A stretch of DNA of 64,000 nt from Geopsychrobacteraceae bacterium (lineage in GTDB: Bacteria; Desulfobacterota; Desulfuromonadia; Desulfuromonadales; Geopsychrobacteraceae): positions 2,400,001-2,464,000 of the forward strand of contig CAXXTB010000002.1 in NCBI GenBank assembly GCA_963676795.2, read 5' to 3'. The notes below the pieces were generated by a model. It was not told the DNA's origin. It was given only the letters and a program-made list of their open reading frames with translations, and made no database searches. The first letter of the stretch is position 1, and each line of letters opens with the position of its first letter. A program made the position numbers and the translations under genes. Of this stretch, positions 56,480 to 64,000 are shown piece by piece.

Positions 56480-57286
56480 ATGGCAATCATTACCATTTCC
56501 CGAGAAATGGGCAGCGGCGGCCGTCCGATCGCACAACAACTCTCTGAGAAACTGAAATACAAACTGATCAACAGTGCTGCTATTCTTGAGGTTGCTGCCG
56601 ACTATGGCCTGACCGAGGAAGCGATGTGGCAATGTGATGAAAAACCGCCGGCATTTCTGGAAGAAGTTGATCGTCAAAGCAAGCTCAATGTCTACCGGAT
56701 ACACCTGATTGTCCTTGAGCAGGCCCTGAATGACAACGTCATCCTTTACGGCCGCTCCGGTCAGGATCTGCTGGCGAGCGTTGAAGGGGTTCTCCGCGTA
56801 CGGATTACCGCACCTTTTGAAGAGCGCGTTGAAGACTGGGCAGAGCGGGAGTGGATCGACCCCGACCTGGCGCGCTCCCTGGTCCGCAAAAGTGATCTCC
56901 AGCGTTCCAGCTACATCCGCTATTACTTTGATCGGGACTGGGCCGATCCCCTGAATTACGACCTGATCATCAACACCTCGCGTTTTCCCAAGGAAGCGGC
57001 CGTCAAAATCATCGCAGAAGCGGCTCAGAGTTCCTTCCTGAAGGAACATTCGGAAACCTGCAAGAGGAAATTGCGCGACCTGATCATTCAGAAAAGAATT
57101 CAGATCAATCGCCTTGCTGATGAGCGCATCAGTGACATCTGGTACGACATTCTTGTCGAAAACGGGCATGTCACCCTGGCCGGACATATCTCCAGCGAAA
57201 TCGGCCACCAGGCTGCACTGGAATGTGCGAAGGCGGTTGACGGGATCGTCGAGATCACTGACAACCTCAAGGTTGTGAACTACTAG
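56480..57286 (+). CDS. Cytidylate kinase-like protein with C-terminal BON domain
   Basis: MAIITISREMGSGG, YDLIINTS, GHVTLAG...VDGIVEITDNL. Confidence 0.87.
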   Translation: MAIITISREMGSGGRPIAQQLSEKLKYKLINSAAILEVAADYGLTEEAMWQCDEKPPAFLEEVDRQSKLNVYRIHLIVLEQALNDNVILYGRSGQDLLASVEGVLRVRITAPFEERVEDWAEREWIDPDLARSLVRKSDLQRSSYIRYYFDRDWADPLNYDLIINTSRFPKEAAVKIIAEAAQSSFLKEHSETCKRKLRDLIIQKRIQINRLADERISDIWYDILVENGHVTLAGHISSEIGHQAALECAKAVDGIVEITDNLKVVNY

Positions 57287-57324
57287 CTGTAGAGTTTCGG
57301 CAAGCAACAAAAAACCAACACGAG

Positions 57325-57349
57325 CGCCGGTCCGACCGGCGTTTTGTTT
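57325..57349 (+). terminator. Probable intrinsic terminator
   Basis: CGCCGGT-CCG-ACCGGCG-TTTTGTTT. Confidence 0.55.
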
Positions 57350-57375
57350 AACTTTTAGTCAAGGAGCAACAAACA

Positions 57376-58125
57376 ATGGCAGGACATAGTAAATGGGCCA
57401 ACATCAAGCATAGAAAAGGTGCCCAGGACGCCAAGCGCGGAAAAATCTTCACTAAAATCATCAAGGAAATCACCATTTCCGCTAAAATCGGCGGTGGTGA
57501 TCTCGAGGCCAATGCCCGCCTGCGTCTGGCTGTCGACAAGGCCAAACAGGCCAACATGCCGAAAGACAATATCGACCGGGCGATCAAGAAAGGGACCGGC
57601 GACCTTGACGGCGTCACCTACGAAGAAGGCATCTTTGAAGGCTACGGCGCGGGTGGAGTTGCCGTCATCGTTGAATTCATGACCGACAACCGCACCCGTA
57701 CCGTTGCCGATGTCCGTCATGCCTTCAACAAGTATGGTGGGAGCCTCGGCGTCAGCGGTTCGGTCGCCTTTATGTTCGACCGTAAAGGCCAGATCATCTT
57801 CCCGACCGAAGGGAACGATTTTGACGCGATCTTCGAAGCCGCCCTCGAAGCCGGTGCCGAGGACGTCAAGGAAGAGAACGACGTCATCGAAGTCATTACC
57901 GAGCCGAATGAATTTGAAACGGTCAAGAACGCCCTCGAAGCCCAGGGACTCACCTATCAGTCCGCCGAAGTCACCATGATTCCGCAGAACATGAACCCGG
58001 TCGAAGGCAAGAACGCCGAATCCCTGATGAAGATGATCGACGTGCTCGAAGACAACGATGACGTCCAGAACGTCTACGCCAACTTCGACATCTCCGATGA
58101 AGAGATGGAAAGGATCATGGGCTAA
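57376..58125 (+). CDS. yebC: YebC/PmpR family protein
   Basis: [31 protein letters not shown]. Confidence 0.96.
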   Translation: MAGHSKWANIKHRKGAQDAKRGKIFTKIIKEITISAKIGGGDLEANARLRLAVDKAKQANMPKDNIDRAIKKGTGDLDGVTYEEGIFEGYGAGGVAVIVEFMTDNRTRTVADVRHAFNKYGGSLGVSGSVAFMFDRKGQIIFPTEGNDFDAIFEAALEAGAEDVKEENDVIEVITEPNEFETVKNALEAQGLTYQSAEVTMIPQNMNPVEGKNAESLMKMIDVLEDNDDVQNVYANFDISDEEMERIMG

Positions 58126-58138
58126 GCCCAGTAGCGGC

Positions 58139-58654
58139 ATGCGTATTCTTGGCATCGATCCTGGCAGCAAAGCCACCGGCTACGGTTTTATCGAACAGCA
58201 GGGCAACCGACTCATCCACCTTGACAACGGGGCGATCTTCACCCGCAGCCAGGATGCCCTGGCCAGCAGACTGCAGTTGATCTACTCTCAGCTCTGCGCC
58301 CTGATCGAACAATACCAGCCTGATGCCGTTGCCGTTGAGCAGGTTTTTCTCTCCAACAACCCCTCCTCGGCTCTTAAACTTGGACATGCCAGGGGCGTTG
58401 CGCTCCTGGCAGGCATCAACGCCGGTCTGCCGGTTGCCGAATATTCGGCGCTGCAGGTCAAAAGCGCCGTTGTCGGCTATGGCCGCGCCGCCAAAAATCA
58501 GGTTCAGCAGATGACCAAAACCCTGCTCAACCTCCCGGAGATTGCCCAGGAAGACGCTGCGGACGCACTGGCCGTGGCCATCTGCCATGCCCACAGCCAC
58601 CACCTGAACAGACAGGTTTCCGGTCGCCTCCCGGGAAGAAGGAGAAGTTCGTGA
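58139..58654 (+). CDS. ruvC: Holliday junction resolvase RuvC
   Basis: [35 protein letters not shown]. Confidence 0.96.
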   Translation: MRILGIDPGSKATGYGFIEQQGNRLIHLDNGAIFTRSQDALASRLQLIYSQLCALIEQYQPDAVAVEQVFLSNNPSSALKLGHARGVALLAGINAGLPVAEYSALQVKSAVVGYGRAAKNQVQQMTKTLLNLPEIAQEDAADALAVAICHAHSHHLNRQVSGRLPGRRRSS

Positions 58655-59253
58655 TCGCACTACTGACCGGCCAACTGGCCGAACGCACACCGGAACAGAT
58701 CATTCTCGATGTCAACGGTGTCGGCTATCGCCTGCAGATTCCGCTCTCGACCTTCTATACCCTGCCGGAACAGGGGCAGGTGAAACTCAAGGTCTACACC
58801 CAGGTCAAAGAGGACGGCATCAACCTGTTCGGCTTTGCCACCCAGGAGGAAAAGGATCTGTTCAGCCTGCTCATCTCGGTGTCAGGTGTCGGCCCGAAAC
58901 TGGCAATCACCACCCTCTCACATATGCCGGCTGGCGAACTGGCCAGGGCCTTGAGCGAAGGGGACAGCACCAGATTGATCGCCATTCCGGGGATCGGCAA
59001 AAAAAGCGCCGAACGCCTGGTTCTCGAACTGCAGGACAAGGCCACCGCCTATGCGCTGGACGCGTCTCTGCACACGGCCCAGCAGCCCCAGACGCCTGGC
59101 CCGGCAGACCATCACGAGGACGCGCTCTCAGCACTGGTCAACCTGGGCTACAAGGAAGCCCTCGCCAGACGCGCTCTTAAGAGTCTCAAGCTGCCGCAAG
59201 GAACAGCCCTGGAGGAAATCCTCAAGGCCGCCCTGCAGCTGCTTGTCAAATAG
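58651..59253 (+). CDS. ruvA: Holliday junction DNA-binding protein RuvA
   Basis: [34 protein letters not shown]. Confidence 0.96.
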   Translation: MIALLTGQLAERTPEQIILDVNGVGYRLQIPLSTFYTLPEQGQVKLKVYTQVKEDGINLFGFATQEEKDLFSLLISVSGVGPKLAITTLSHMPAGELARALSEGDSTRLIAIPGIGKKSAERLVLELQDKATAYALDASLHTAQQPQTPGPADHHEDALSALVNLGYKEALARRALKSLKLPQGTALEEILKAALQLLVK

Positions 59254-59265
59254 GGATAAGCGGAT

Positions 59266-60285
59266 ATGAGTGATCGCCTGATAGATGCCGAAGAAATCCC
59301 GGCAGAGAACAACTTTGAAGTCAGTTTAAGACCCCGTTCCCTCAAGGAATATATTGGCCAGAGTAAGGCCAAACTGAACCTCCAGGTTTTCATCGATGCT
59401 GCGCGCAACCGTCAGGAAGCGTTGGATCATGTGCTGTTCTTCGGCCCTCCGGGACTGGGCAAAACCACCCTGGCCAACATCATCGCCAACGAAATGGGCG
59501 TCAACATCAAGAGCACCTCGGGCCCGGTCATCGAAAAATCGGGGGACCTGGCCGCGGTCCTGACCAACCTGGAAGAAGGCGATGTCCTGTTCATCGACGA
59601 GATCCACCGACTCTCCCCCGTCGTTGAAGAAGTTCTCTACCCGGCGATGGAAGACTACCAGCTCGACATCATGATCGGTCAGGGCCCCTCGGCCCGGACG
59701 ATCAAGCTCGACATTCCGCGCTTCACCCTGGTCGGCGCTACGACCCGGGCCGGACTGCTCTCTTCGCCGCTGCGCGACCGTTTCGGGGTTATCAGCCGTC
59801 TGGAGTTCTACACCCATGACGAACTGACAACCATCGTCAAGCGCAGCGCCGATATCCTGCGCATCCGTATCGATGACGATGGCGCGCGCGAAATCGCCCG
59901 CCGCAGCCGCGGTACGCCACGGATCGTCAACCGCCTGCTCAGGCGGGTCAGGGACTTTGCCGAGATCGAAGGAGAAGGGCATATCACCCGGGCACTGGCC
60001 GACCATTCTCTCGGTCGCCTCGAGGTCGACAATCAGGGGCTTGACTTTATGGACCGCATCCTGCTGCTGGCTATCATCGACAAGTTTGGTGGCGGGCCGG
60101 TCGGCCTCGATACCCTGGCTGCAGCCATCGGTGAAGAGCGCGACACCATCGAAGATGTTATCGAACCATACCTGATCCAGCAGGGCTTTCTCAACCGGAC
60201 CCCGCGGGGACGCGTGGCGACAGAGAGCTGTTACCAGCATTTCAAGCGCCCACTGCAGGACACTAACGGCCCGCTCTTCGGGTAG
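59266..60285 (+). CDS. ruvB: Holliday junction helicase RuvB
   Basis: [38 protein letters not shown]. Confidence 0.98.
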   Translation: MSDRLIDAEEIPAENNFEVSLRPRSLKEYIGQSKAKLNLQVFIDAARNRQEALDHVLFFGPPGLGKTTLANIIANEMGVNIKSTSGPVIEKSGDLAAVLTNLEEGDVLFIDEIHRLSPVVEEVLYPAMEDYQLDIMIGQGPSARTIKLDIPRFTLVGATTRAGLLSSPLRDRFGVISRLEFYTHDELTTIVKRSADILRIRIDDDGAREIARRSRGTPRIVNRLLRRVRDFAEIEGEGHITRALADHSLGRLEVDNQGLDFMDRILLLAIIDKFGGGPVGLDTLAAAIGEERDTIEDVIEPYLIQQGFLNRTPRGRVATESCYQHFKRPLQDTNGPLFG

Positions 60286-60296
60286 TAGACGCATCA

Positions 60297-62585
60297 ATGA
60301 ATCAACATCTGGAACAATTCGCTCTGCAGATCGCCAACTGGACCGAGGAGGTTATCGAACATGGCCGGACCCCCTTCCGCCGTGTCGACACCTTTCCCGA
60401 GATCGCGACAGATCAGGGGCTCTCCAAACCACCCCTGGTTTTCTGGATCAATCGCCAGAGCCTGATGGCCGGCGGCATTGTTCTCATCCCCGAGGCAGAT
60501 CTCGAACAGGAACTGAAACGCGGCAAAAGCTGTGCCGAAGCCCTGGGCCTGAAGTTCTTCGTCACCTGGGAAACCAAGCAGCTGCGCATCTGGCAGATCG
60601 ACAACGAAGCAATCAGCGAAACGCAGAGTTTCCCGCTGGTCAGCCCGGACCAGCCGCAAACCTTCAAACTGCTGCTTCACGACCTGCTCGACAGCCTGAA
60701 GCTGCTGGCAGTCCTTCAGGCCGTACCACCGCGCGAGCTGCCGGCGACCTACTTCACCAATCTATTCCTGGTTACCCTGGAGCAGACCCTGCCCGCTTAC
60801 GTCAAACTGTTCCGCAGCCGCAGGTCCAACCTGGAGACCGAGTCGACTGTCGATATCGATCTCTACGCGGAAAGCATGAATCGCCTGACCCTGCTGCGGA
60901 TTCTCACCCTGCTCTGGCAGGAGCTGCTCCCGGCAACCCTGCTGCCCGACCACCTGGAACAGTGCCTCGTGGAACAACTGCCCAGACTTGAAGGCCTGTT
61001 ACTATCCGGACTGGTCTGCGACAAACAGGACGAGATCGAAATCCCGGCTGATTCATGTGTCCACTTTCACCACCTGATCCTCAGATTGCGGCAGGTCGCC
61101 TGGAACAACAACGAACAACGCGTCGCCGACATCCTCTGCGGACTGGTCCAGCTCTGGTTTCCGCTGACTCCGGAAAAGACCCGACAGAAACACAACGAGA
61201 TCTACCCGCTGGAGCCTGCGCTAGGACAGAAGGTCGGGCTGGTTCTGTCCCAGTCTCAGTTACTACTGGGCTGTACCGCCCTGCTGCGCAGCATCAACAA
61301 ACTAGAACCCTGCCAGCTGAAATTTGCGCCGGTCTCGGAATTGACGACAGAACTCTCGGATACCGAGCTGACTCTCGCCAACCTGAACTCGCCACGCAAT
61401 GTCGTTAAGACCGAACGTCAACAACTGACGATGCAATTACGCTATTCCTGGCCGAGCCGCCGCTTCAAGGTCTCTGCAGGCCAGCCGCTCTGGCCCTGGG
61501 AAGCACTTCACCTGGGAGGGCTCTGCCCGCCTGACAGGGAGCTGCGCCTGTCACTGCCTGCGAATCTGCACCAGATCCCGGCGACACATCCGTTCTGGGA
61601 AACGCTCTGCCAATATTTTACAATTCTGCACATCGACTGCGGCAAAGACTGCCCACTGCAGATTCATTTGCAAAAAACGCCGGGACTGGCAAAAAAATAC
61701 CCTATCCAGGTTGCCGGCCGGGATTACCATTTACCTGTCAGTGATGCCCCTCAGCAACTTTACGGCCAGATCGCCCTAGCCTCACAGCTGCCCGCAAATG
61801 CCTTTGAGCTGATCTGCGCCGAATTCAGCTGGCCGGAAAACGATCGGCACTCCAGCTGCGTCCCCCCTGGCCTGGATCTCTACCGTAAAAGCGATCTCTA
61901 CCAGCTCCTGAGTCAGCTGGCCGGCGCAGATCCGGAAAATCCGGCAACACTGTCAATACTCCCCTACCCGAATCCGCTACTGCAGCAGGAACTGGCAAAG
62001 ACATGCCAAGTGCAAAACGGCGCTCATGAAGGCAGCACTATCGACAAGCTGCTCGCTGATCTGATCGGCAAGACAGACCTGCTCAATATTCCTGCGCCAT
62101 CAAGAACCAGGATGCCAAGCAGCGCCCTGTCCCAGCAGCAACCGACGGAAAACCTTATCGATCAGGCGCTTCATCAGCTCGAAGTTCAGGGAATTCCCAA
62201 TTTCCCCGACCAGTACCTGTACTTTATCGAGCAGCCAGTCCTGCAGAAATTCCGGATCACGCCACCGGTGCATTTCAGCAATGAGATTCTCGGTCAATTC
62301 GATCTCCACGATGCAGCCGGAACGATCATTACCGGCTACGGTGAAGAGCTGAAGATCGCCCTGCAGCTCTGCGCGGAGATGGACAAAACTGACTTTGAAC
62401 TCCCCTCAGACAGGCAGGATCTGAAGGTTCTACTCAGTCATTACCAGAAAGATCTCGAAGCGCTGCACTCATCCCTGAGCGATTTCTGCTATAGTCAGCT
62501 TGAAAAATCCCAGGCAGCCCGTAAACTGGTTCAGCGTATCTGGAAACAGCTAAAACTGCCGGACCTGCAACTTTTTATCTCCTGA
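60297..62585 (+). CDS. Hypothetical 762-aa protein, possibly an inactivated Type IIG R-M scaffold
   Basis: Long ORF tightly between ruvB and queH, N-terminal AEALGLKFFVTWE. Confidence 0.8.
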   Translation: MNQHLEQFALQIANWTEEVIEHGRTPFRRVDTFPEIATDQGLSKPPLVFWINRQSLMAGGIVLIPEADLEQELKRGKSCAEALGLKFFVTWETKQLRIWQIDNEAISETQSFPLVSPDQPQTFKLLLHDLLDSLKLLAVLQAVPPRELPATYFTNLFLVTLEQTLPAYVKLFRSRRSNLETESTVDIDLYAESMNRLTLLRILTLLWQELLPATLLPDHLEQCLVEQLPRLEGLLLSGLVCDKQDEIEIPADSCVHFHHLILRLRQVAWNNNEQRVADILCGLVQLWFPLTPEKTRQKHNEIYPLEPALGQKVGLVLSQSQLLLGCTALLRSINKLEPCQLKFAPVSELTTELSDTELTLANLNSPRNVVKTERQQLTMQLRYSWPSRRFKVSAGQPLWPWEALHLGGLCPPDRELRLSLPANLHQIPATHPFWETLCQYFTILHIDCGKDCPLQIHLQKTPGLAKKYPIQVAGRDYHLPVSDAPQQLYGQIALASQLPANAFELICAEFSWPENDRHSSCVPPGLDLYRKSDLYQLLSQLAGADPENPATLSILPYPNPLLQQELAKTCQVQNGAHEGSTIDKLLADLIGKTDLLNIPAPSRTRMPSSALSQQQPTENLIDQALHQLEVQGIPNFPDQYLYFIEQPVLQKFRITPPVHFSNEILGQFDLHDAAGTIITGYGEELKIALQLCAEMDKTDFELPSDRQDLKVLLSHYQKDLEALHSSLSDFCYSQLEKSQAARKLVQRIWKQLKLPDLQLFIS

Positions 62586-62599
62586 ACTGGAGTCGGACC

Positions 62600-63145
62600 A
62601 TGCATATTCTGCTTCATATCTGCTGCGGCAATTGCGCCATATACCCGGTCCAGAGACTGCGCAAAGACGGACACAGGATCACCGGCTATTTCCACAACTA
62701 CAACATCCACCCCTATCAGGAATTTCTGCGCCGGCTGGAAACGACCCGGAACTACTCAGCCCGCGTTGAACTCGAGCTGGTCGTCGATGAAAGCTATAAA
62801 CTCGAAGAGTTCCTTGCCAATGTCGCTCAGGACCCGGGCAACCGCTGCGAATACTGCTACAAATCAAGACTGAAAGCGACTGCAGAGCAGGCGGTTGCCT
62901 GCGGTGCAGACGGTTTTACGACCACCCTGCTCTATTCACGCTATCAGCGCCATCACGAGATTACCGAGTACGGCCGACAGCTCGCGGATCACCACGGTCT
63001 GATCTTTCACTATGAAAACTACCGTCAGGGCTGGAATGAAGGGATTCGCATCTCGAAAGAGATGGGCCTTTACCGCCAGCAATACTGTGGCTGTATCTAT
63101 TCCGAAAAGGACCGCTATTTGCCGAAACCAAAGAAAACATCCTGA
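62600..63145 (+). CDS. queH: Epoxyqueuosine reductase QueH
   Basis: LLHICCGNC, NIHPYQE..RR, RCEYCY, YRQQYCGCIYS. Confidence 0.93.
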   Translation: MHILLHICCGNCAIYPVQRLRKDGHRITGYFHNYNIHPYQEFLRRLETTRNYSARVELELVVDESYKLEEFLANVAQDPGNRCEYCYKSRLKATAEQAVACGADGFTTTLLYSRYQRHHEITEYGRQLADHHGLIFHYENYRQGWNEGIRISKEMGLYRQQYCGCIYSEKDRYLPKPKKTS

Positions 63146-63153
63146 CAGAGCGA

Positions 63154-63181
63154 TTGTTCCGCTCGACTGAAGTGCTATAAT
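63154..63181 (+). promoter_or_regulatory. Extended -10 promoter for the phasin-like/ubiB genes
   Basis: TTGTTC-N16-TATAAT with TG at the extended -10 position. Confidence 0.5.
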
Positions 63182-63235
63182 TACCTATAATTACTGAAAG
63201 ATCCTGACCGTTAACCGCTCACTTCGGAGGTAGCC

Positions 63236-63544
63236 ATGCTGGAACTTTTTGAAAAAACACTTTTGGCCGGAATCGGAACCCTGTCTCTGACCCAGAAAAA
63301 AGCGGAAGAACTCATCGACGAGCTGAAAAGCCGGATGAATATTTCTGAGGAAGAAGGAAAAAAACTGGTCAGTAAACTGCGCGAAGCTGCGAGCCAGAAT
63401 CAAGAGAAACTTGAGTCAGCAGCCTGCGAGGAAATCAAAAAAGCCTGCGAACGGGTGGGAGTCGCCTCTGCCAGCGATCTCGAAGACCTGCAGAAAAGAG
63501 TCGCCCTGCTGGAGGCAAAAATCATAAAGCTTCAGGGACACTGA
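63236..63544 (+). CDS. Phasin/PhaF-like coiled-coil protein
   Basis: LLAGIG.LSLT.KKAEELIDEL, typical upstream partner of ubiB-like kinases. Confidence 0.75.
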   Translation: MLELFEKTLLAGIGTLSLTQKKAEELIDELKSRMNISEEEGKKLVSKLREAASQNQEKLESAACEEIKKACERVGVASASDLEDLQKRVALLEAKIIKLQGH

Positions 63545-63550
63545 TCAGCG

Positions 63551-64000
63551 ATGCTGCCGACAAACCGGCTGAACCGGAACATCAGAACCCTGAGACGTTA
63601 TCGCCAGGTCCTGGGAATTCTCATCAAGTATGGGTTTGGCCATATCATCGAGCAGCTGAACATCGATTACTATCTCCACCTCAGCAAACGGATTCTGACC
63701 CTGGGCAAAGTATCGCGCAACCTGGAACGCCTCTCGCAGGCGGCACGCCTGCGCCTCGCCCTGGAAGAATTGGGACCGACCTTCATCAAGCTGGGCCAAC
63801 TTCTGTCGACGCGGCCGGACATACTCTCATCAGATATCATCGCCGAACTGCAACGGCTCCAGGACAGCCTGCCGCCAATCGCCACCCGTGACATTAAAGC
63901 TCAGATCAACAAGGGGCTAGGCTACCCGGTTGAAGACATTTTCAGCAGCTTCAACGAACAGCCTCTGGCAACGGCAAGTATCGCCCAGGTCCACAAAGCA
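63551..64000 (+). CDS. AarF/ABC1/UbiB family kinase (partial)
   Basis: Manual translation: RYRQVLGILIKYGFG...LEELGPTFIKLGQLLSTRPD...LQD...PLATASIAQVHKA. Confidence 0.93.
   Translation, partial: MLPTNRLNRNIRTLRRYRQVLGILIKYGFGHIIEQLNIDYYLHLSKRILTLGKVSRNLERLSQAARLRLALEELGPTFIKLGQLLSTRPDILSSDIIAELQRLQDSLPPIATRDIKAQINKGLGYPVEDIFSSFNEQPLATASIAQVHKA

Noticed and set aside
1..64000. CRISPR arrays, tRNA/rRNA genes, transposases, known riboswitches
   Set aside because: No regularly spaced direct repeats or recognisable consensus found by eye. A covariance-model search could still find weak RNA motifs.

Overview
Chromosomal window from a GC-rich anaerobe, most likely Desulfuromonadales-type Desulfobacterota (inferred from gene content and order). 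Core genes: yqeY-cvpA-mutS2-dnaG (partial), bamD, mlaA/mlaC, xerC, nfu, yebC-ruvCAB, queH and a partial ubiB-like kinase. Accessory loci: a CydA-like pair plus a 7-heme cytochrome c, a GldA/GldF-G/DUF4340 ABC system preceded by an ORF ending in RPPP, a rhomboid-TPR protease, a two-domain ThyX-like enzyme, an ErcA/ErcS-like pair, and an MSHA-type pilus operon (33.8-50.9 kb). No rRNA, tRNA, CRISPR array or transposase was recognised. Most unusual signals: a mirror-symmetric multi-hairpin element at 17.87-18.24 kb, two related rod-like repeats (44.2 and 54.9 kb), a structured leader of the dnaG operon, an unannotated 56-aa Cys-rich ORF, and a 762-aa protein after ruvB that resembles an inactivated restriction-modification scaffold. 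All calls come from reading motifs by eye. No searches were run.
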